From Toensbergia leucococca (Eukaryota): DNA of 20,000 bases. A program made the position numbers and the translations under genes. The stretch is taken from the NCBI GenBank assembly GCA_022813965.1, contig JALDZS010000135.1, positions 46,625-66,624 on the forward strand, read 5' to 3'. Below, in pieces: positions 12,701 through 20,000 of the stretch. The notes below the pieces were generated by a model that made no database searches, had not been told where the DNA came from, and was given only the letters and a program-made list of their open reading frames with translations. Each line of letters opens with the position of its first letter. The first letter of the stretch is position 1.

Positions 12701-13393
12701 CATTGCTCGAAATTTTTATCGCGCCTTGATTTAGTCTCATATGCGTTGGTGGACAGGCTGTGAGAAGCGGATAAATGGATGATTGTACTCAAGGTAGAAT
12801 ATATGAGATTGTAGCTGAGGGGGCCGTATCATGTAACCGTTATCATAGACCTTGACTCTGAAGCCGATAGAGTACTCAATGGTCTCAGTACCGTTGACAC
12901 CGATTCTTGACTCAATGTTGGTTCCGTAATCGTAGTGATCAGCTGATCGGCGAATCATATAAGAGCATCGAACTTTAGTTCGCCACTCCCGTCGGTAAGG
13001 GGCTCGCTATGGGATTTCCAGCTTCTCGTTCATTGATAGGCCCAGCTAAGCCTTCTGTTTACGTCTTATTGCCTCGGTTTCGTTTGTGTTGAAGCTCTTG
13101 GTGAAGTACAGAGGCAGGGCAACACGATGGACAATTAGCCACGGCGATGATGTCGACTTTGGTATTGGAGGTGTTTCGTTCCGTTGAGTGCTGCGTTCGT
13201 TTTGTCTAAATCGACCGGGTTACACCCAGAATCTAGGATCTGGGATGACTCGCAAGTCCCCTTAGGCTTCGGAATGCTTTCTTCTTCCGCTTCTCGTTGT
13301 TGGGTATACCGGTCTTTCCTCTTCTTGTGTGAATCTTAGATATTCTTCTCGCAATCGAAATGGTTGGAGGTGGTTCCCATGGTAGGTATTCAG
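9776..13393 (-). pseudogene. Degenerate coding relic(s) of unknown identity, possibly more than one gene and possibly mobile-element derived
   Basis: Minus-strand ORF-track fragments join in frame across single stops (e.g. KSLK*LSYRG, KLVQ*AWETHDLFIVWP, NFLF*PKTPRHH), with frameshifts and two GTAAGT..TAG intron-like segments (12418..12353, 10486..10433). Boundaries are approximate. Confidence 0.6.
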
Positions 13394-15523
13394 CTTTTAT
13401 GTCTAGAGGAGGGAGGATGCTCCCTCAATAAGTTTCTGCACTGATATTTGACCCTGTCCTATGCTTGCTTTCACATTCAGATAACAAAGTTGAAGGCAGT
13501 ATAAGACTTTAAAAGTAAAGGAAAGCTGGGAGGAGTAATTTAAGCACGATCCATGATAAGCTCCCTTCGAGATGAGACTCGTTTTCCAGTCTTCTATCTC
13601 AGTACCGCAGTATCAAGGATTATGATGGTACAAGACTTTTCTTTTTCTATGCATAACCTCATGTACCTTGTATCGTCATATAACAGCATGTATAACAACC
13701 ACAAGACTCTTTTGGCTGATTTTATTGGCTTGCTGCTATTTTTGACCTCCTTGCAACTGACCAACCTCTTTACAGCTTTCATGACGAAAGCCTTTGGGAA
13801 CATTCACAAATCTTCATTCATGCTTTGCTCAATAATTGGACGACTCTCAGCTCGAAATTCTAATACATTTCTTAGTTACTTCTTGATTTTTTGTATGGCT
13901 GATACGTTTCATAAATTCCCGCACTTTGTTGTTGCATAGGTATATGTCTGACCGCTGCCTGGTTGGGGGAGGTCCGCAAATGAAAAAAGCCATCTAGGAT
14001 TTGAGTAAGTTTCCCGTCATATGGAAACTGTGTTTGTTTACTTCTTCCGTGGTATAGTTGGTCATTTTGGATGAAAGAATGTCAATGAAACATATCCGGA
14101 TCTTCGTTTACCTTTGACGCCTCCAAGGTTCATCTGCGCCCTTTTTTGACCGCCACTAATGATATCAGCAGACCTGATGTGGACCTTGCCGTGGTTTGGC
14201 GCCGAAGCTAATCTTTTGATGAAAAATTGGCCAAGCGCAGAACTCCGCTCAATGTCTAGGAGCCTTTTTATGTAGCTCCCACACTTCAAAATAATGGATA
14301 GAGTTGGAATTGTCCATGAATAATGCTTCAAGAGAGATCCGAATAGAATCGCTCCCCTTTTCCTGATTAGGTGTAGCTAAAGGGCATGTTTGACTGTCTG
14401 AGTATTGTTGCGACTTTGCCCCGATATGATCCAGGATGAGTGCTCTCGTTATAAATGCTATGGTATTACCTAGTCCCAGGACCTAGTCGTATTCGCTGAG
14501 GCCAAAACTGTCGGGGTAGTAGAAGACGTCTACCATCATCGGTATTCAAGCATTGATTAGGGAATGTGTTGTGGAGAAGAAAAATTGAAATGGTAACCGT
14601 GAACTTGTGCTCTCACGGTCAGAGCAAGGTTTTCAACCTATATCTCAGCGATATTAGAGTTTTGCCATCCACTTCTTTTTAAGTATATTTAATCTTGTTC
14701 CTCACTACCTGATAAAACTCTAATGATCATTTGATTTCATGGGAATTGGGCCCCTTGCTGTTGAAATCCAAGCAGTACCCCGAGGTACAGTACTTACCGT
14801 ATCAGAAATAAAATCAGACTTTACCTTCTTATAACCTTTTCATGATCATCTCCTTTCGATCTCAGCAAGTCGATTGTGAAGAGATTATATTGAGTAAAAA
14901 CTAAGAGGGGCGTCAATATGAAGCAGTAATTGTATGGTGCTATACAAACAGACTCTTGAGCCGAGATACGAAATGCAAGGTACTAATCTAAGTAGCATTG
15001 AAGTGTGCAAGAAAGAAGAATTGCAGTGATTTGAACGGTGAATGATGAAGATATTCTTTTACGTGTAGCTTCACTCGAGTGTCTAGAGGTCTTGTAACCA
15101 TTTTTCTCATCAGGATTCCTGCATGTAAATCTAAGAAACTACCAGTCAACTCTGTCCATCTGATACAGGGTGAAAAAAAGACCATGAAACTTCTATGAAT
15201 ATTAAATTTGAATAAATGAATTATGTATTGCTTGCACCTGTACGGTCAACAGACATAAAAGTGCTAAGTATCAGACCGTTCTGATAAAGGTACTTTGTCA
15301 TTATTAGAGATCTGAAAATTGAAAAACTTGGAAGTACAGCTTACTTGAAATTCAAACGTTTAGTACTGAGAGCCGATCAGGGTAAAGCATTAATGAATGT
15401 GAAGAAGCTTTATTTCATCTTTCTGTTCACTTTTAGGTTTTGCAAAATATTTTTTCAGGCTAAGGCAAGGACTTACCATTTAGTTGAGACAAAACACTGT
15501 TCTTGCTCCTCGTAGACAAGGTA

Positions 15524-17401
15524 TTAATGGATGCAAAAATCCTCCAACTTATCATGATTCTCTTTAATCATAGCTTCGCCGTTCATGATACCATGCACAT
15601 AAACCTCACCAATCAACTCATAGCCACCTTCCTTGTGCTCTCGAAGTACGACAGGTACACGACAGCCAAGGAGAAGACAAATTCTGTCTCCTTTTCTTGC
15701 CTCGTGAGGCGCCATTCCCATATGGCCATTGTGTGTGAAGAGAAATCTCTTGAAGAGTGTGGCCAGTTGGATGTCCTCCAGGAATTTGAGCTCTTGCGAG
15801 GTAAGTTCGCTCATATCTCTCTCTAGCCGCGCCGGATCTGCCGTCGACGCTTTGAACCAGTCTCTTATAGTTCGACCGTGGATTTCAAATGATTTATTTT
15901 TAGAGTATTACAAACCAAGAGTAACAGTGAACTCTTCCTCTAATCTAGCACTATCAGAGGTACTTGCCATGACATACAATGAATTGAGAAAACCAGAGGC
16001 ACCGGACAGGTATTCCCTGCTACCTAAGACAAGACTCTTCCACAGTGCTTCGAATATCCCTGCTTCCGATCTATACGGAGATCTGTCCTGGTCTGGCTGA
16101 ACTAACCCGTATTCGGTGTGCTCGCTGACGTTGGTGGGCCATTTGAAGCTGAGCTCCACAGCGCTAAGCCCGTTGATCACGTCGAACACGAAGCCTTGCG
16201 CTTCCAGGACTAATCCGTCGTTCAGGAAATTCCCAATATGTTGAGTCCTAATGTACTCAGTACCCACAGAGCTGCCAGTGGCATTAAAGAGGTCATCGCC
16301 GGCTTTATTCCATATCATAGTTGAAGGTAGCTCTTTAGTCCAGTCCGGGACCCATGATGGTAAATTGGAGCAAAGATAAGTTCTGCCATAGCATATAATG
16401 TCCAAGTCTTGGCTAGCCCTTATGATTGCTGTTGTTGTCATCCTGCATACTTCCTCAGCAGAAAGCTTATAGTCCGGTGCAGGTACTAGATTATGGGCAT
16501 CCTTGGTTATAGCTAATATACCATATATCTTATCACTTGGAATCGTTGCAAGTGAGTTGTTAGATCTAGTTAGGACATTTAAAAGGCTTCTATATTGATG
16601 TCGGCCTTCCGCTTCTTGGGTAAGTCCTCGCAATATATTTATTGTAATGATTGGCCCCATGCCAGCAATGTTCCGAAAATTATTAATAACCACGGATATT
16701 CGGCTTCTTCCACCTGCGGTTGGTATCATAATGGTCGCCTTGGCTATGTTTTCCCAGGTTTCTTGCTGTGAACCGCAGCGTATCAGAACGTTTGGAGCGA
16801 ATGCGATCTCTTGAATAATCCAGATTCGCCTCCAGTAGGGTCTATCGTATAGTAATTGCAGGGCAGCCCAATGATCTCCAAATTTACCGTGAACTGATGG
16901 CTGATACAGCGGTCTCATGGCCTCCTCGATATCTGACAAATCTACATCACCACCATCAACGTCAGCCCTTGATAGGATATGGATCAAGTCTAGGGCAAGA
17001 CGACTGTTATCAGCTTCACTTCCAAGCCACGCAATAGTCTCGGAAGCAGTTGCATATATAGCACCCATGCGTAGTACCTGCCGCCCTCGCTCCTCAAAAT
17101 CAGCTTGATTAATACAAAGGGCATCCACCCATAGACAAACAGGTCCTTGGCATCGTAGTTCACGCAGTGCAGCTTCGAGGTTCTCTGTAAACTGCACATC
17201 ATGGCCGTTAACCTGGATGATACGCTTGATGTGAGGGTTGCCCCAGCAGTACGATAAAGCCTTGTAAGGTGGTGGCTCATCGAGGGAGACATGCTCAAGC
17301 TCGCAACTGATTGACTTCGATCTGTCGTCGGCTCCGGATATCGTTATCAGGCGGATTTCATTGCGAAGCATATCAAGTGAATGGTACTTCAAGGAAATCA
17401 T
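15524..17401 (-). pseudogene. Heterokaryon incompatibility (HET-domain, HET-6-like) gene interrupted by one premature TAA at 15910..15908
   Basis: HET motifs EIRLI, YKALSYCWG, LWVDALCINQAD..ERGRQV..MGAIY, RPYWRRIWIIQEI, DKIYGIL and LPSWVPDW. The downstream ORF 15814..15524 (GHMGMAP..ARKGDRICLLLGCRVPVVLR..YELIGEVYVHGIMNGEA) is the typical C-terminal block and is in the same frame beyond the stop. Confidence 0.85.
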
Positions 17402-17521
17402 GGCGATGAATACACGTCAAAACATTTACAATGTTGACATAAACCGCGCTGGGTTTCAATCATTTGAAGTATCGTACTGTAATTGATCCTGAATGTCGAG
17501 CCGCGAACACTTCGAGTAGTA

Positions 17522-17585
17522 CGGAGGCGTGGTCCAAAAGTAATCGGACACGCTAAAACCTAGCGTCTACAGGAATTCTCAGCCC
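17522..17585 (+). repeat. Left terminal inverted repeat of the Tc1 element
   Basis: Reverse complement of 19620..19683: 51/52 identical in the outer core and 60/64 overall. All four mismatches are transitions. Confidence 0.95.
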
Positions 17586-17756
17586 TAACACCCATTCTAT
17601 CCATTGAATTGATGGATTCCCCATCGGAACGCATACAAATCATAGTATCATAAGGTGGGATACTCTATATAGTATATATGATGACTACTGGCCTCTCCTA
17701 GGCCTTGCACTCGCTGCGGTGATCGTGATCTCCGCCTTTTGAGGCCTTTTTGGTGG

Positions 17757-17917
17757 TTGTTTTTGGGGTTGTTTTTCAAGTTGTTGAGGCTGTTTTTCAG
17801 GTTGTTCTTGGGGGTGTTTTTGGGGTTGTTTTTGGGGTGTTTTTGGGGTTGTTTTCGAGGTTGTTGGGGGTGTTTTTCAGGTTGTTTTTCAAGTTGTTTT
17901 TGGGGTTGTTTTTCGAG
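17757..17917. repeat. Imperfect ~12-bp minisatellite (minus-strand consensus CCCCAAAAACAA / CTTGAAAAACAA) inside the transposon
   Basis: About 14 tandem units of 9-12 nt are visible directly and translate on the minus strand as (P/L)(Q/E)KQ repeats. Confidence 0.85.
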
Positions 17918-17940
17918 TTCCCGTCTTGAGGGGGGTGGAG

Positions 17941-19497
17941 TCAATGACTCCGGAGTGGGAGTCCTAGGATTATATTCCATTCGGGATTCAGAGGAGATGA
18001 GGAAGAGGAGGAGAAGGAGGATGGTGATGATGATGATGATGATGATGAGAAGGAGATGGAGTGAAGGGTTTTTGCTGTTCTAGGGGGGGATGGCTCAAAA
18101 ACATCATCTGAAAAGGCCTGCAATTCCCTCCACATAGCGAGCTGGTTTTTTCCTTCTTTTGATCGGGAGTCAACATCAAGTCTTCCTTCCTTATACTCAT
18201 TTCCTCCTTCCAATTCAATGATCATGGCGCAATGTCTAGGCATTCGCTCAATCCAAGCCTGAATAGCCTCCTGAGGTAATTCATTCCATGCCTTAGTCCA
18301 GACTTTCTTTGCGATAAGACGATTTTCAGGCGATCCTTTTTTCGTTGTTTCCTTCTTCATATGAAACCAACAAGGTTCTATCATGTTAAGATCAGGTGAG
18401 TTTCCTGACCAAAGAAGACGTAGAATCTTAGCATCCATAAAAACTCTGTGCTGATGTTGAGAAGCATGAGGTTCGGCTCCATCCTCCTGTACGATCATCG
18501 GCATACCTAGCTCTTTTTCACACTTCTGAGCAAAGGGAATTAACAAGGGTTTGAGAATCAGTTGTTGATAGCGATACCAGTCAATCCCCCCCCTTGAATT
18601 GCGTACCATCTTTCCTGTATCCTTTTTGAACTTCCATGTGGGCTTTATACCAGGAAGGTTTCGTAAGGAAAGACGTGTCAATCCATTAGTGATTTCCCAT
18701 CGTCGTTTCATTTCCGGCTTCAATTCCTCATTTCTTTTCTTAAGATCTTAAACGGAGGCCTTCTTTTCTTTTGCAGTTTCTGAGGACCAGCAATGCATAG
18801 GACCTTGTCTTCAGTCAGTCTTTTTTTCTACTATTGAAGGATCAAACATACCCTTTCTATCATAACAGAAGGAGCCCCAAAACATGAATTCTGAGCTTCC
18901 TTTCCATCTATTTCGAATAGTAGCTGGAGCCAGCTGAGGATTGCGGCCTTCTGCTACAGTCCTCCATACCTGTACATTCCCTCTTCTCTGTCCTAGAATC
19001 ACACTTGCTTCATCTGTCCAGATTACACGCTTCCAGTCATTCAGTGTCCAGTTCTTATGTTCTATTGCAAATTGAAGGCGAGCCAATTTCATCTTTGCTG
19101 TAAGACCAGGCTTCTTTTTAGGCTTACATTTTTTATATCCCTTTCTCTTAAGAGCCCGTCCAGTTGTCTGTTTAGCTACACCAAGTTCACTAGCCAGCTG
19201 AGCGGTTGTTTTCTCACGTCCATAGCGATCTCTTGTAATAAGAGACAGAAGTTTTGCTACTAATTCCGGTGTTGCCTTGAGAGGACGGCCTGATCGAGGT
19301 GCATCAGTGAGATACTCATCTTTGAGGATAAAAGATATAGATGGGTTGAATCCACGATCTCTAGCTTTCTTCCTCATCTCATATAGATAACTTCTTGAGA
19401 ATCCGGTATAAGTAATTACTGAATTGATATTTATCCCATACTCCAGCAAGGCCAACGCTTGCGCTCTCTCTGCAAGACTAGTATGACGATTGGGCAT
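17941..19497 (-). pseudogene. Tc1-family transposase, exons 19497..18852 and 18803..17941, with an in-frame TAA at 18750..18748
   Basis: N-terminal HTH-like region with the PRSGRP linker. Catalytic WTDE, QEDGA and NSPDLNMIE have exactly 34 residues between the second D and the E. A 48-nt intron (GTATGT..GACTGAC..AAG) joins the two ORF-track frames as YDRKGPMHCW...KKASV*DLKKRNEELKPEM. The start may instead be the upstream ATG at 19554. Confidence 0.88.
18025..18048. repeat. (TGA)8 microsatellite encoding poly-Ser in the transposase tail
   Basis: Read directly from the sequence. Confidence 0.9.
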
Positions 19498-19619
19498 GGA
19501 ACATGATAGGCTACAAAAGAACGTCAAAATGACGAAAAACCCTTGAGGAACCATGGTTTGATGAGGAAAATAGAATAGAATTAGGAAAATGCAATAGAAT
19601 TGGGAAAGTTCTATTGTGG

Positions 19620-19683
19620 GGGCTAGGAATCCCTGTAGACGCTAGGTTTTAGCGTGTCCGATTACTTTTGGACCACGTCTCCG
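19620..19683 (-). repeat. Right terminal inverted repeat of the Tc1 element
   Basis: Inverted copy of 17522..17585, followed by TA. Confidence 0.95.
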
Positions 19684-19919
19684 TAGATGTGTGTAAATCC
19701 CAAAATGTGGGTCAAGATATTCAATTGGGCCGTGCTGCGCGGTCTATTACAAGGGAGCAAGGGCATGTGCTCTAATGGTCGATAGGCTTGTGCAATAGGG
19801 TCACCAGTTGCGCTCACAAGGCCATCAAACAGCGATACAAGTGGAGGGAACCTGAAGAATGCTTTCAACATTTCCAAGCCTTGAAAATTGCAAAATTACG
19901 CAGTATTAAAAGCAAAATG

Positions 19920-19981
19920 GGCTCGGGCCGCGATTCGAACGCGGGGCCTCTCGCAAATGTACTCAGGTTTTCCCTAAGCGA
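19920..19981 (-). tRNA. tRNA-Pro(AGG), anticodon arm to 3' end, with a 16-nt intron (19971..19956); 5' part atypical and cut by the window edge
   Basis: Minus strand reads TCGC-TTAGGG-[AAAACCTGAGTACATT]-T-GCGAG-AGGCC-CCGCG-TTCGAAT-CGCGG-CCCGAGC-C followed by TTTT. The T-arm/B-box is perfect, the intron is at the canonical 37/38 site and contains CCT complementary to the anticodon, and a Pol III-type T run follows. Confidence 0.8.
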
Positions 19982-20000
19982 CTGCTCTAATTGTTAGATA

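Larger units (their letters stand above)
17522..19683 (-). mobile_element. Tc1/mariner-superfamily DNA transposon (Tc1 family, DD34E), 2162 bp, TA target-site duplication
   Basis: Terminal inverted repeats CGGAG(G/A)CGTGGTCCAAAAGTAATCGGACACGCTAAAACCTAGCGTCTACAGG... at both ends, flanked by TA at 17520-17521 and 19684-19685, with an internal transposase. Confidence 0.96.

Noticed and set aside
13553..15185. ORFs 13553..13939, 13594..13803, 14062..14331 and 14988..15185
   Set aside because: AT-rich sequence with no motifs, and I found no convincing in-frame continuity between them.
15860..15915. Possible intron removing the HET stop codon
   Set aside because: A frame-preserving intron would need a weak donor and a rare GAG acceptor, and the intervening sequence translates as plausible HET-family protein.
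17757..17917. Tandem array as a CRISPR or telomere-like repeat
   Set aside because: No unique spacers, no cas genes, eukaryotic context, and not TTAGGG; it is an internal transposon minisatellite.
17739..18083. 114-aa plus-strand ORF rich in F/L/G/C/M
   Set aside because: Antisense reading of the minisatellite and microsatellite.
8000..20000. Starship giant transposon carrying the HET gene or car cluster
   Set aside because: No DUF3435 tyrosine-recombinase captain or element boundary is visible in the window. It cannot be excluded from flanking sequence but is unsupported here.

Overview
Genomic DNA of a filamentous ascomycete (short GT-AG introns, Pezizomycotina-type genes). The left 8 kb is an intact carotenoid/retinal/rhodopsin cluster: the 5' end of carX (carotenoid oxygenase, minus strand, runs off the window), then divergently carRA/al-2 (lycopene cyclase/phytoene synthase, 6 exons), carB/al-1 (phytoene desaturase, 3 exons) and carO (DTD-type rhodopsin with the Schiff-base Lys, 5 exons). 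The right 12 kb is an accessory, decaying region. It holds a ~3.6 kb minus-strand coding relic of unknown identity (transition-type nonsense codons, two apparent introns, a short Ty3/gypsy integrase-tail-like motif at its 5' end) and a HET-domain gene broken by one in-frame TAA. It also holds a complete 2162-bp Tc1-family (DD34E) transposon with TIRs and a TA duplication inserted 120 bp upstream of the HET gene, and an intron-containing tRNA-Pro(AGG) with an abnormal 5' part at the window edge. The car cluster is a known system. The unexplained parts are the coding relic, the unusual Tc1 transposase and the aberrant tRNA. Family assignments are from manual translation and recalled motifs; no database search was run.
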